DNA of 64,000 bases from Woeseiaceae bacterium (GCA_024640345.1 JAHEFD010000001.1:18288-82287), one strand, 5' to 3'; shown: positions 8,926-19,377, counted from the first letter of the stretch. Notes: generated from the sequence alone by a model not told the origin. A program made the numbers and translations.

Positions 8926-10224
8926 TTACTCGCCGGCAAATTTCCGGGCAGCACGGAAACCAGCCTCGAATCCGGACTGCAAATCCTTGATGTCCTCGAG
9001 CCCGACAGATAGTCGAATCATGTCCTCGGTGATCCCTGCCGCGACCAGCGCCTGCGCGTCGATGCGGGAGTGCGTCGTTGTTGCCGGGTGAATGATGAGC
9101 GTCTTGGCATCGCCGACGTTGGCAAGATGCGAAGCGAGCTCGACATTTTCGATAAATGCCTTACCGGCATCGCGGCCTCCTTTAACGCCAAAACTGACGA
9201 TGGAACCGGCGCCCTTTGGCAGGTACTTCTTCGCAAGTGCATGGCTCGAGTGCGATGGCAGGCTGGGGTGGCTGACCCAGGACACTTGTTTGTGATTCTG
9301 AAGGAAATCCAGCATTTTCATGGTGTTGGATAAATGCTTGTCCATTCTGAGAGACAGCGTTTCAATACCCTGCAGAAGCAGGAAGGCGTTCATGGGGCTC
9401 ATCGACGGACCAAAATCACGCATGGCCTCGGCCCGAATCCGGGTAGCAAATGCAGCAGGTCCAAATTCTTCCCACAGGTTGATACCCTGGAATGGCGCGT
9501 ACGGCTCGGAAATAGTCGGGTACTTGTCGGTTGCTCCCCAGTCGAAGTTGCCGCCGTCCACCACAACGCCACCGATCGCAGCGCCATGACCGCCCATCCA
9601 CTTGGTCACCGAATGCATCGTAATGTTGGCGCCGAAATCGAACGGTCTGCACAGATAGGGCGTGTTGAACGTTGCGTCCACCATAAAAGGTATGTGGTGT
9701 TGCGAGCCGATTTTCGCGATCGCCTCGAGATCAAGAATGTCGAGACCGGGATTGCCAATGAGTTCGCCGTAAATAAGTTTCGTATTGTCCTTGATAGCCT
9801 TGCCAAAGCCATCGATGTCAGTTGGGTCAACGAAGGTCGCGGTGATGCCGAAACGCGGCAGGGTGTTCTTCATCAGGCTGATGTTGCCGCCATACATCTG
9901 CGATGAAGCGACGATGTGGTCCCCCTGGCTGAGAATCGCCGTGATCGCGCAAAAAGTAGCGGCCATGCCGGATGCGGTGCAAACGGCTGCAGAACCGCCT
10001 TCAAGTGACGCGATTCTCTGTTCGAGCACACCGACAGTCGGATTGCTTATGCGTGAGTAGGCATGTCCGCCGCGTTCGAGATTGAAAATCGACGACGCCG
10101 TATCCGTGTCCGGGAAGACATACGACGTCGTCTGATATATTGGAGTCGCACGAGCGCCGAATTCTTTGTCGACGGTTTGCCCGGCGTGCAGGCTTAAAGT
10201 GTCAAATTCGTAAAAGTCCGACAT
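8926..10224 (-). CDS. metY: O-acetylhomoserine sulfhydrylase / aminocarboxypropyltransferase
   Basis: N-terminus FDTLSLHAGQ...TPIYQTTSYVF and PLP-lysine motif HSVTKWMGGHG. 432 aa, typical of MetY/MetZ-type enzymes. Confidence 0.85.
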   Translation of the reverse strand: MSDFYEFDTLSLHAGQTVDKEFGARATPIYQTTSYVFPDTDTASSIFNLERGGHAYSRISNPTVGVLEQRIASLEGGSAAVCTASGMAATFCAITAILSQGDHIVASSQMYGGNISLMKNTLPRFGITATFVDPTDIDGFGKAIKDNTKLIYGELIGNPGLDILDLEAIAKIGSQHHIPFMVDATFNTPYLCRPFDFGANITMHSVTKWMGGHGAAIGGVVVDGGNFDWGATDKYPTISEPYAPFQGINLWEEFGPAAFATRIRAEAMRDFGPSMSPMNAFLLLQGIETLSLRMDKHLSNTMKMLDFLQNHKQVSWVSHPSLPSHSSHALAKKYLPKGAGSIVSFGVKGGRDAGKAFIENVELASHLANVGDAKTLIIHPATTTHSRIDAQALVAAGITEDMIRLSVGLEDIKDLQSGFEAGFRAARKFAGE

Positions 10225-10242
10225 CGGCGACTCCTGTCTTGC

Positions 10243-11394
10243 TCAGACCTGTTTGAGTGCATTCTCCAGGGCGCCAATCAGGTCTTCCTTGTCTTCAAGA
10301 CCCACGGACAAACGAACCAATCCGTCGATGATGCCGACCCGTGCACGTTCTTTCGCCTCAACATCGGCATGTGTCATCGTAACCGGATGAGTGATCAGCG
10401 ACTCCACGGAGCCAAGGTTCTCTGCAAGGCTCCAGAGTTTAACGCTGTCCATCAGCTTCTTGCCCGCAGCCAGGCCGCCCTTGACCTCAAACCACAACAT
10501 GGCGCCGTAACCTGTCGCCTGCTGGCTGGACAGTTCGTGTTGAGCGAAAGACTTGAGGCCCGGGTAGCACACTTGTTCAACTTTCGGATGCGCTTCGAGG
10601 AACTCCGCGATGGCCATTGCGTTCGCCGATTGCTGCTCCATTCGCACTGACAAGGTCTTGCAGCCCTGTAACGTCAGCCACGCCACCATCGGCGACATGA
10701 TGCTGCCGGTACTGTTCTGGATAAACTTGACCTTTTCAGCCAGCTCCGCCGTCTTGCTGATAACGGCGCCGCCTACGGTTGCATTGTGACCGTCCATATA
10801 TTTTGTCGTGCTGTGGATCGAAAGGTCGGCTCCAAGTTCGAATGGGCGCTGGAAGTAGGGGGTCAGAAACGTGTTGTCTACCGCGTGAACGGCGCCCGCT
10901 TTTTTCGCGATCTTCGAAATCGCCGCGATGTCCGTGCACTTCATCGTGGGATTCGCCGGTGTCTCTGTCAGGATCAGTTTCGTGTTGTCCCGAACGGACG
11001 AGGCGACGTCATTTGGATCGGCCCCGTTGGCGAAAGTAAACTCGATGCCGAAACGGGTAAGCACCTTTGTGCAAAGACGGTAGGTGCCACCATATGCGAC
11101 ATCAGAAATGATCGCATGGTCGCCGGCGCTCAGGAACGCCAGCATGGTCGCTGTTACCGCACTCATGCCGGTGCCAAATGCTGCGCAGTCAGCACCGCCT
11201 TCGAGTTCCGCAAGCTTGTTTTCGAGTGCACGTACCGTCGGGTTGCCGGATCGTGAATACGAAAAGCCCTTGCTCAGGTATTCGTCGACCGAGGGCTGAA
11301 CATAAGTTGTCGTCTGATAAATCGGCGTCAAAATGGCGCCGGTGGTCGGGTCCGGCTTTACGCCTGCGTGTATCTGTTTGGTACTGAAGCCCAT
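10243..11394 (-). CDS. Cys/Met-metabolism PLP enzyme (cystathionine gamma-synthase / beta-lyase / gamma-lyase family)
   Basis: TKQIHAG...TPIYQTTTY and HSTTKYMDGH PLP-lysine motif. 383 aa. The exact reaction cannot be resolved by eye. Confidence 0.8.
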   Translation of the reverse strand: MGFSTKQIHAGVKPDPTTGAILTPIYQTTTYVQPSVDEYLSKGFSYSRSGNPTVRALENKLAELEGGADCAAFGTGMSAVTATMLAFLSAGDHAIISDVAYGGTYRLCTKVLTRFGIEFTFANGADPNDVASSVRDNTKLILTETPANPTMKCTDIAAISKIAKKAGAVHAVDNTFLTPYFQRPFELGADLSIHSTTKYMDGHNATVGGAVISKTAELAEKVKFIQNSTGSIMSPMVAWLTLQGCKTLSVRMEQQSANAMAIAEFLEAHPKVEQVCYPGLKSFAQHELSSQQATGYGAMLWFEVKGGLAAGKKLMDSVKLWSLAENLGSVESLITHPVTMTHADVEAKERARVGIIDGLVRLSVGLEDKEDLIGALENALKQV

Positions 11395-11495
11395 GAAATT
11401 ATTCCTTGAGAGCGTTGGTCACTACGTCGAAATTTGGGCTAGATCATACACGGAACGCGGTTGATCAGGGAACCGGATACCGGTCGAAAGACGTG

Positions 11496-12566
11496 TTACT
11501 GCCGAAGGCCAAGCGGATCGTCGGGGTTAACTCCCGGCATGAATTGTTGCCTGCGATCAAGGTTGGTGAGCTGGTAAACGAGGCCCAGCCAGTTGTTGAC
11601 GATGGCCCTGCCTGTATCGCCCCAGGTGTTGTCAACCAGCACAGTCAAAGCATCTTCCGGAAAATCGGGCAGTTCATCGCCACTCTGGATTGCATTTCGT
11701 GCCGCGGAAAAAAACCGCTTCATGATGTCTTCGGCTTCGGGAGGCAGGTAATTTTCCGGGTAGCGGGGGCCGGTTTCTCGCTCGCCGCAAAAATATCGCA
11801 GTACTTCGCGTTTGTATTCCTTCAGAATGCTCACGGCGTCGTATTCGGGATGCCCCTGGAAGTAAACCGTGCGAAACAGGTCAGGGCTTACGGCAAGGTG
11901 TACGCCGGCAGCATCACTCGCGGCAAGGACGGTGAGTCCCGCTCCCTCAAGTTGTTCCCTGGTTATATCGTTGTATCGGGAGTGCGGGACGTCGAAGCGA
12001 GTATTGATGTCCCGAAGTAACGGGTGCCCGGACGGGTTGATTCTGTGGCTGTAGATGCCCCATTGTTTCCTCGGTAATGGCTGCCTGTCGATCCCGTAGT
12101 GATGTTTTAGCAAAGCATGCGTCGCGAGGCAGGAGCAAAGAATGGATGCCACGTTCTTATCTGCCCAGCTGACTACTTCCATAAGCGGGCCCCAGAAAGC
12201 CTCCTGATCAAGAAAAGGATTCGCCACGTTTGCGCCGGTAATGATCAGTGCATCAAGCCCCTGCTCTTTCAGCTGCTCGAATCGAAAATAATGATTCGCA
12301 ATATGCGCCTCAGCTTCGGTGCCGCGATTTAGCGCCGGCAGTGAGAAAGGGTAGATGTAAAACTGGGCGATCGGGTTGGCGCTGCCGACCATGCGGATGA
12401 ACTGCTGCTCCGTAGCGGCAAGTGCCGCATCCGGCATCATATTCAGGAAGCCGATATGCAGCTCACGTATGTCCTGGTGCATTGCCCGATCAAGCGACAG
12501 TACTTCATGGCCACTTTCCTTAAGGCGCTGGAAGGTTGGCAAGCTGTTGTGTGCTACGAGAGGCAT
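11496..12566 (-). CDS. metA: Homoserine O-acyltransferase, MetA family
   Basis: MPLVAHNSLPTFQRLKESGHEVL...LHIGFLNMMPD matches the N-terminus and the LNLMP motif of MetA. The ATG at 12566 aligns with MetA N-termini and has AAGGAG upstream. An alternative GTG lies at 12602. Confidence 0.8.
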   Translation of the reverse strand: MPLVAHNSLPTFQRLKESGHEVLSLDRAMHQDIRELHIGFLNMMPDAALAATEQQFIRMVGSANPIAQFYIYPFSLPALNRGTEAEAHIANHYFRFEQLKEQGLDALIITGANVANPFLDQEAFWGPLMEVVSWADKNVASILCSCLATHALLKHHYGIDRQPLPRKQWGIYSHRINPSGHPLLRDINTRFDVPHSRYNDITREQLEGAGLTVLAASDAAGVHLAVSPDLFRTVYFQGHPEYDAVSILKEYKREVLRYFCGERETGPRYPENYLPPEAEDIMKRFFSAARNAIQSGDELPDFPEDALTVLVDNTWGDTGRAIVNNWLGLVYQLTNLDRRQQFMPGVNPDDPLGLRQ

Positions 12567-12658
12567 CGCAGTCGGTATCTCCTTTGATCTAACAATGGTC
12601 ACTCAATCCTGCAGCAGGCACAATAGTATTTCGTTCCAATACTTCACAGGACGTCGAC

Positions 12659-14434
12659 ATGTTCTGCACGAGAATAGGTGACAGCAAAGTGAGGCGCATT
12701 GCAGCGGCGGGCATTGTTTCGCTGTTGGTCTCGTGCGGTGGGGAGAGGTCGCAGGCACTCGTCCCGGACAAGATTCTGACCAACGCTAGAGTGGTAACAA
12801 TGGATCCGAATGAATCGATTGTCGGGGCGGTCGCGATTCAGGGCAATCGCATTGCGGCACTCGGCACGACGGCTGAAATCCTTGCACTTGCAGGACCTGG
12901 CACCGAAGTCTTCGATCTCGACGGAAAGACAGTTACACCGGGTCTGATTGACACGCACAATCACTTTGCATGGGGCGCGCTGGGTGAGATTTCTTCCCTG
13001 GACATCGAGTACCCGGCGGTGAACAGCATCGACGATATTCGCGAAAAAATCGCAGCGGCTGGCGCGGACCTGGAACCAGGCGACTGGATCGTGGGTTCGA
13101 ACTGGGATGCAGGCAAGTTATCCGATCAGCGCGATATCGTGGCAGCAGACCTGGACGACATTACACCGGAAAACCCGGTATGGCTTTTGCACACGTCCGC
13201 ACATTACGGGGTTGCCAATTCGCTGGCATTGAAACTTGCCGGAATCGACGTTAACACGCCGGATCCGGAGGGTGGCGTTATCGTCCGCGACTACGCCGGT
13301 AATCCGACAGGGATACTGGCTGACCAGGCGATGAGTCTCGTAGATTCGATTACACCCGCGATCACGGCAGAGGACTTCGTCGAGGCGATTACCGAGCGGG
13401 TAAGCGGGCTTGGTGCCGAGGGTATTACGACGATCAAGGATCCGGAGATCGATCAGCGCCAATGGGATGCCTACCAGGCAGTGAAACTGAATGGCGACCT
13501 CAGTGTTCGCGTGTTTACGCTGTGGCGGGTGCCCGACACGATGAGCGAGGCTCGGGAGTTGCTATTGCGCATCAAGTCATTTACCCATCCCGGCACCGAG
13601 GCGGCCGGCGCTGACCTTATTTCGGGTGGAGTTAAAATCTATGTCGATGGCAGTGGTACGGCACGGACTGCCTGGATGTACGACGACTGGAACGAGGATT
13701 TCAGAGGCATTGACGAGGGCAATACCGGGCTGACCTATCTTGCACCCGACCTGCTTCTCGACCAGATTCGTTTATTCCACGATGCTGGCATTCATATCGG
13801 CACGCATGCGATCGGGGACAGGGCCATCGACTTTACGCTGGATTCCTACGCAGAGGTCATTGCTGACAATCCGCTTGGCGGACTTCGCCACAGTATCATT
13901 CACTGCAACGTCCCAACCGAGCATGCGATGGACCTGATGGTGCATCTGCAAGGTGAATACGATGCCGGCTACCCGGAGATTCAGCCTGCATTCCTGTGGT
14001 GGATTGGCGATGCATACGCTGCCAACTTCGGGCCGGAAAGGAGCCCGCGTGTTCTCCCGCTGCGAACCTTCCGGGAGAAAGGCATTCGATGGGCCGGCAG
14101 CTCGGACTTCGATGTCTCCCCCTATGCGCCACGTTACGCAATCTGGGCCGCGGTTACCCGGGAAGCAATGCTCGGCACGCACGGATCGCATCCCTGGGGA
14201 ACGGACGAAACGATTTCGGCGCACGATGTTTTGAAGGCATACACCAATGTTTCTGCACGACAGGTTTTCATGGAAGACCGGATTGGTTCGATCGAGGTTG
14301 GAAAGCTCGCCGATATCGTTGCCTGGGATAGCGATCCTTACTCGATTCCGGCAGAGGAGCTTAAAGATATGAGGCCGGTAATGACGTTGATGAATGGAGA
14401 GGTGGTTTATCGTGCGACCAGTTACAGCGAATAA
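12659..14434 (+). CDS. Amidohydrolase-family (amidohydrolase-3 type) metallohydrolase, lipoprotein-like signal
   Basis: LLVSCGG lipobox-like. PGLIDTHNHF metal motif. Paralogous to 42390..44111. Confidence 0.75.
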   Translation: MFCTRIGDSKVRRIAAAGIVSLLVSCGGERSQALVPDKILTNARVVTMDPNESIVGAVAIQGNRIAALGTTAEILALAGPGTEVFDLDGKTVTPGLIDTHNHFAWGALGEISSLDIEYPAVNSIDDIREKIAAAGADLEPGDWIVGSNWDAGKLSDQRDIVAADLDDITPENPVWLLHTSAHYGVANSLALKLAGIDVNTPDPEGGVIVRDYAGNPTGILADQAMSLVDSITPAITAEDFVEAITERVSGLGAEGITTIKDPEIDQRQWDAYQAVKLNGDLSVRVFTLWRVPDTMSEARELLLRIKSFTHPGTEAAGADLISGGVKIYVDGSGTARTAWMYDDWNEDFRGIDEGNTGLTYLAPDLLLDQIRLFHDAGIHIGTHAIGDRAIDFTLDSYAEVIADNPLGGLRHSIIHCNVPTEHAMDLMVHLQGEYDAGYPEIQPAFLWWIGDAYAANFGPERSPRVLPLRTFREKGIRWAGSSDFDVSPYAPRYAIWAAVTREAMLGTHGSHPWGTDETISAHDVLKAYTNVSARQVFMEDRIGSIEVGKLADIVAWDSDPYSIPAEELKDMRPVMTLMNGEVVYRATSYSE

Positions 14435-14444
14435 ACTAATCGCA

Positions 14445-16511
14445 ATGCTGTTTTTCTCGTGCTGCGCCAGCTCTGCACACGAGTTCACCGGTCCGCACGG
14501 AACGGTAACACTGGACTGGGATGTGCCCAACGTCAGCAGGGTATTGTCTTCCGGCTATGGAGATTCATTCGGAATCGAGGCTGCCGTGAACCTCGGGTTT
14601 CCGGAGCCGGAGACGGTGGACGACAGAAGCTGCATCAATGGCAGTTATTTTATTTTCGATGTTGACGATGAGTTCGCTTTTGATATTGATGAGACCGTCA
14701 GCGTGGAAATCACCTTCGATGCCAGTCGTTCCACCGGTTTCTGGATCTCCTACGACCGAAACGCAATGTCGGAACCGTTGCAGGAGATAGAGCTTGAGCC
14801 GAGTGGCGAACGCTGGGTTACGCGCAAAATAGAACTGGAGCGTGCACGCTTTGCCAACCGTGGTGAATCGGGCACGGATATTGCGATTGCTGCTCCGAGT
14901 GCAATGTGGCCCGGAACGCCGGATGAGAATCACAGGATCGTGATCTGTGATCTTAAAATCGATCGTTCTTACAAAACGCCGTCGCGGACAGTATCCGGGC
15001 AACTTGACCTGGTTGTCAGAAACGAGACAGGACAGGCCACGCCAGCGCGCGTTGGCATCTACGATGCTTCCGGCCGCATGCCGTTACCAGCTGAATCCGC
15101 AGTAACCATCAGGAATTATGACGATCTCACAAAGCAGGTTTTTCTTCGTTCGACACATAGCGCGATCAGTCCCTGGCCTCACGACAATCGGCATTTCTTT
15201 TACGTTGACGGCGAATATGCAGCAACGTTGCCGGTAGGCAGCTATTCCCTGGTGATCAGCAAGGGACCCGAGTATGAACTCGTCACGACGGATTTCGAGA
15301 TTCTTAGCGACGCAAGCACCGATGTGAACGTCGACTTGAAGCGATGGACGAATATGCCCGGGAAGGGATGGTACTCGGGCGACGATCATGTGCACATGAT
15401 TCGCAGCGAAAAGGACAACGAATCAACAGGCGCCATCATGCAGGCAGAAGACGTTCACGTGACCAATGTCCTGCAAATGGGTAACCCGTTTGACACCCAC
15501 TTCTCACAATATGCATTCGGCATGCCAGGCAGGTACGTGGAAGGACGCTATGCGCTCGTGCCCGGGGTGGAGGATCCGCGAACGGCTGTGCGCGGACACA
15601 CGATTAGCCTCAATATCAGTGAAGTATATCGTCCCGCCAGCCAGTATCTTAATTATGACCGGATCTTTACAGCCTACCGGGAGCAGGGAGGCATGTCAGG
15701 TTATGCGCACGTTGCCGGTGAGCTATTCAATGTGCGCCGGGGGCTGGCGCTGGACGTACCGCTCGGCGCCGTCGACTTCGTCGAGGTTCTGCAGGACGGA
15801 ATACTGGCGACTGACCTGTGGTATGACTTTCTCAACCTGGGGTTCGCGCTGACGCCAACGGCGGGTTCCGATTTTCCTTACCTGAGTGCACCAGGCGGGG
15901 AGCGAAATTATGTTTTTGTCGGCGAGAATTTCAGCACCGATCAATGGTATGAGCAGCTAAAAGCCAACCAGACATTTGTTACCAATGGCCCCATGCTGGA
16001 GTTCACTGTCAATGGGAAGGGAATGGGTTCGAAAATCGAGTTATCGCCCGGTGATGCAATCAAAATCGTAGCTGCCGCATCGATGAAGCCTGACATAGAA
16101 GCATTGGACCGGCTTGAGTTGATTGCCCATGGTGAAATTATCGCTGTCGCAACGGAGGTGACGGAGGACAATTCATTGTCACTGAGCCACGAATTAACGG
16201 CGTCGGACGGCGTGTGGCTTGCCATCCGGGCTTATGGCCGAGAGCAGGCCCTTGCCCACTCGGCGCCTGTCTTCATAAGCGTTGGAGACGGTTTCGAAAA
16301 AACAGATGCTGTCGCCGGCATCGCCAGGAAGATGCTCGGCTATCTTGAGGAATTCGATACCGTGCAGGTTGACCCCGTCAGCGAACTGGAGGGGTGGTCC
16401 GTTGGCGGGTCACTTAAGACGATGCTCATCGAGCAGCGTCTTCAAATCATTGAGCGTGCCGATGCGGCAAGAAAAGTCTATGCGTCGATGCTGGATCGGC
16501 CTTTGCCCTGA
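14445..16511 (+). CDS. Secreted PHP/CehA-McbA-like metallohydrolase with N-terminal accessory domain
   Basis: GWYSGDDHVHMIRS motif (PHP-like His cluster). N-terminal hydrophobic MLFFSCCASSA. The start is uncertain (ORF opens at 14394, overlapping the upstream gene). Confidence 0.5.
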   Translation: MLFFSCCASSAHEFTGPHGTVTLDWDVPNVSRVLSSGYGDSFGIEAAVNLGFPEPETVDDRSCINGSYFIFDVDDEFAFDIDETVSVEITFDASRSTGFWISYDRNAMSEPLQEIELEPSGERWVTRKIELERARFANRGESGTDIAIAAPSAMWPGTPDENHRIVICDLKIDRSYKTPSRTVSGQLDLVVRNETGQATPARVGIYDASGRMPLPAESAVTIRNYDDLTKQVFLRSTHSAISPWPHDNRHFFYVDGEYAATLPVGSYSLVISKGPEYELVTTDFEILSDASTDVNVDLKRWTNMPGKGWYSGDDHVHMIRSEKDNESTGAIMQAEDVHVTNVLQMGNPFDTHFSQYAFGMPGRYVEGRYALVPGVEDPRTAVRGHTISLNISEVYRPASQYLNYDRIFTAYREQGGMSGYAHVAGELFNVRRGLALDVPLGAVDFVEVLQDGILATDLWYDFLNLGFALTPTAGSDFPYLSAPGGERNYVFVGENFSTDQWYEQLKANQTFVTNGPMLEFTVNGKGMGSKIELSPGDAIKIVAAASMKPDIEALDRLELIAHGEIIAVATEVTEDNSLSLSHELTASDGVWLAIRAYGREQALAHSAPVFISVGDGFEKTDAVAGIARKMLGYLEEFDTVQVDPVSELEGWSVGGSLKTMLIEQRLQIIERADAARKVYASMLDRPLP

Positions 16512-16540
16512 CGACAGGCTAATCTGCCGCTAACCGTCAA

Positions 16541-17125
16541 TCAGCCAGGCGATCGAACCAGCCACGCCGGCGTCTCATAGATGGTCACGACAACCTCGTC
16601 ACCGGCATTGATTACGCCGGCCGCTTCAACGACGCCAACAATCCCTCTTGTGAGCTTTGCGGCCTTCGAAAAGGAAGTCGCTGCCAGTGCCTTGCCGGAT
16701 CTGGTCGTATGCAGGTTTGCCATTATTTCGCCCATGTCTTTACACGGCGGGTTGTACTCCTCGACTGCCAGGGTACAGCCGGAAGGGAATGTCAGGCAGC
16801 TTCCCTTCGGTAGCCGGGAAAGCTGTCCTATGCCGCTGATGCAAAGGTTTGCGCCGAGACTGGCAGCGCTAACGGGATTCGCGAGGTCAAGTTCCTTTTG
16901 AAGATCGGCGAGTTCCTCAACGGATACGGCTGACCATTGCCGCTCGTTCCTCCTGACGGTTCCTTCCGGTTGTTTGTCCCCGGACCATGTCTTTCGTGTA
17001 TAGGATCGATGCCGGTCGCCGACGATTCCGTCAAGTTCGACCCGTATCGATGGATGTTCGTCCTTGCTGAGGTCTGAATTCGACCCGGAGTGGACGGAGA
17101 TTACCCTGCCGGTCAAGTCGGTCAT
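16541..17125 (-). CDS. MOSC domain protein
   Basis: GIVGDRH...GANLCISG...NPPCKDMG pattern typical of MOSC domains. 194 aa. Confidence 0.6.
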   Translation of the reverse strand: MTDLTGRVISVHSGSNSDLSKDEHPSIRVELDGIVGDRHRSYTRKTWSGDKQPEGTVRRNERQWSAVSVEELADLQKELDLANPVSAASLGANLCISGIGQLSRLPKGSCLTFPSGCTLAVEEYNPPCKDMGEIMANLHTTRSGKALAATSFSKAAKLTRGIVGVVEAAGVINAGDEVVVTIYETPAWLVRSPG

Positions 17126-17201
17126 CGTTGCAGCTTGTTGTATTGTGGATCTGCCAATCTAGCTGTATCTCTGCACCTCAATCAAGTCCTGCAGTCGAGA
17201 G

Positions 17202-18545
17202 TCAGTCGGTTGAGTTCGGAATGGTGACCACCATTCGCGTGCCACCGGTGTAATTCTCGTCAAGTGTGAGGCTGCCGCCATGTGCTTCCGCAACGAGCCT
17301 CGCCAGGTAAAGCCCGAGGCCGGTGCCGCCTGTGTTCCGTGTTCGCGACGGATCACCCCTGAAAAAAGGCTCTCCGATCCGTGATACTAATTCAGGCGGG
17401 AATCCCGGGCCTTCATCCTCGACCACGACTACCAGCTTCCCATCGGTCATTTTGACTTTTATTCGAACCTGTCCTTCGGTCTCTCTCGAGTAACGTAAGC
17501 CATTTCCGACAAGATTTTTTATCAAAAGAAGCAGTCGCGCATCGTCAACATTCGCCTCGACGCAGTCACCGACAACATCGAGAGAGATTCGATGTTTGTC
17601 GCGCTCAAAGTAAGTGTCGATGAGTTGTTCCACGAGTTCATCAACCTGTACGCTCGTGCGGTTCAGTGTTGAGTGCCGCGAGTTAAGTCGCTCGGCCTCC
17701 AGGAGCGTCGCGATGATTTGTTCCATCTCCGCTATTTCGATTCGAAGATCGGCCTTCTGTTCGCCGTCCGAGATAAATTCGAGTGCGAGTCGCAATCGTG
17801 AGAGCGGAGATCTGAGTTCGTGACTGATGCCCAGTAACAGCTGCCGTTTCGCATCGAGCATATCCCTGACATCGCCCGCCAGTTTGTTGATGTCCAGGGC
17901 CAGGTCGCCGAGCTGGTCCTGACGGAATTCCGTGATCCGGTAGTCGAGATCTCCCTTGCCAATTCGCGCAGCGCCTTTACGAATTCCGATAATCGGTCGA
18001 AACAACCAGCGGACGCAAAGGTAGGCTATAAAAAGCCAGATCAGGCCGATCGCGAGAATGATGGGCAGCAGGTCCGGCCCTCCCGCGCTGTCCGCGATTC
18101 TTGGCGACGAGACAATAATGCTGAAATCATCCTGGATTAATTTCAGAAACCGGTGCCCGTCGAAGACCGCGAACTCGACGTCATGCAGTTCCTTGAGCAG
18201 GGATCCGGGATCTTCGCTGAAGATATCGCTGGCACCGAAATCGAGCTCGTCGACAGACGGAAAATCCGGATCTGATGCCCAATCGATACTACTTCCGGAG
18301 ATCCGGATGTCTACCGGCACCTGCCTGGTTATTGCCAGCGCCCGATCGATTCTTGGTGGGTCGCCGATGTCGCGACGCACATAGTCAATGTGTAGTGAGA
18401 GGTGACCGCTTATCAAGTCCCGGAGGTCATCTTCGCTGTATACCCAACGAATGCCAACGGTCGCAAAATAGACAAAGGCGGCAGCGAGTATCAGGAATAT
18501 TGCAAGAAGCCGGAACGAAAGGGATCGTGTCAGTTTCTCAATCAT
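17202..18545 (-). CDS. Sensor histidine kinase (two TM segments, HAMP, HisKA, HATPase)
   Basis: H-box ISHELRSPLSRL and G-box GTGLGLYLARLVAEAHGG. 8-nt overlap with the response regulator gene. Confidence 0.85.
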   Translation of the reverse strand: MIEKLTRSLSFRLLAIFLILAAAFVYFATVGIRWVYSEDDLRDLISGHLSLHIDYVRRDIGDPPRIDRALAITRQVPVDIRISGSSIDWASDPDFPSVDELDFGASDIFSEDPGSLLKELHDVEFAVFDGHRFLKLIQDDFSIIVSSPRIADSAGGPDLLPIILAIGLIWLFIAYLCVRWLFRPIIGIRKGAARIGKGDLDYRITEFRQDQLGDLALDINKLAGDVRDMLDAKRQLLLGISHELRSPLSRLRLALEFISDGEQKADLRIEIAEMEQIIATLLEAERLNSRHSTLNRTSVQVDELVEQLIDTYFERDKHRISLDVVGDCVEANVDDARLLLLIKNLVGNGLRYSRETEGQVRIKVKMTDGKLVVVVEDEGPGFPPELVSRIGEPFFRGDPSRTRNTGGTGLGLYLARLVAEAHGGSLTLDENYTGGTRMVVTIPNSTD

Positions 18546-19233
18546 TCGGCAGTCGTCGTGCTACAAATGCATACCCGGTGCCCCAGATCGTCTGAATGAA
18601 GCGCGGCGGCTTAACCGAATCGCCGAGCTTCTGGCGTAGCCTGCTGACCATGATGTCAACTGCGCGCGTCAAGATGGCCGCGTCAATACCGCGCAGGTCA
18701 TTCAGAATCTCATCGCGTGAGACTTTCTTTCCGGCTCGTTTGGCCAGTATTGTCAACAGTCCGAATTCCATCGACGTAAGCTCGATGCGCTCCCCGTCAA
18801 CAAATACCTCCTTCGCTTCTTCGTCGATTTCGATCCCCTCGAACCGCATAACGGGATCCCGGCTCTCTGTTGCGGCCGATCTCCTGAGAATGGTCTGGAT
18901 TCTCGCAACCAGCTCTCGCGGCTCAAAGGGCTTGCCGATGTAATCGTCGGCGCCGATCTCGAGACCGGATACCCGGTCGACGACATCGCCTCTTGCAGTC
19001 AGCATGATGATCGGTATCTGGCTGTTGCGGCGAACTTCGCGGCAAATCTCAAAGCCGTCTTTACCGGGGAGCATGACATCCAGTAAAAGCAAATCCGGGT
19101 CCGTTCGCGACAGTTTGCGAAACCCTTCGCTCGCGTCTCCGGCGCAGTCAAGCGAAATACCGAATTGTTTCATGTAGTTACGCAGCAACTCGGAGTGCTT
19201 TTTATCGTCGTCAATGAGCAGGATCTTGATCAT
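18538..19233 (-). CDS. OmpR/PhoB-family response regulator
   Basis: KILLIDDD...DLLLLDVMLPGKDG receiver domain. C-terminal winged helix ...IQTIWGTGYAFV. Confidence 0.9.
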   Translation of the reverse strand: MIKILLIDDDKKHSELLRNYMKQFGISLDCAGDASEGFRKLSRTDPDLLLLDVMLPGKDGFEICREVRRNSQIPIIMLTARGDVVDRVSGLEIGADDYIGKPFEPRELVARIQTILRRSAATESRDPVMRFEGIEIDEEAKEVFVDGERIELTSMEFGLLTILAKRAGKKVSRDEILNDLRGIDAAILTRAVDIMVSRLRQKLGDSVKPPRFIQTIWGTGYAFVARRLPND

Positions 19234-19377
19234 GGATGAATCATAGCAGTCAAATCATGAGGCCAGCGAAGTCGCCAGGCGCGACGTTACAAACAGATAC
19301 AAATTGAGACTAATTTGAAACCATTTTCTTCCGTACCCCGGCCAGAATCAATCCTCGCAAACTCGGAGGACAACCGA

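Noticed and set aside
13772-14530. 252-aa minus-strand ORF inside the amidohydrolase gene
   Set aside because: It is antisense to a well-supported amidohydrolase with metal motifs. Its composition (R/N/C-rich, no hydrophobic periodicity) looks non-coding.
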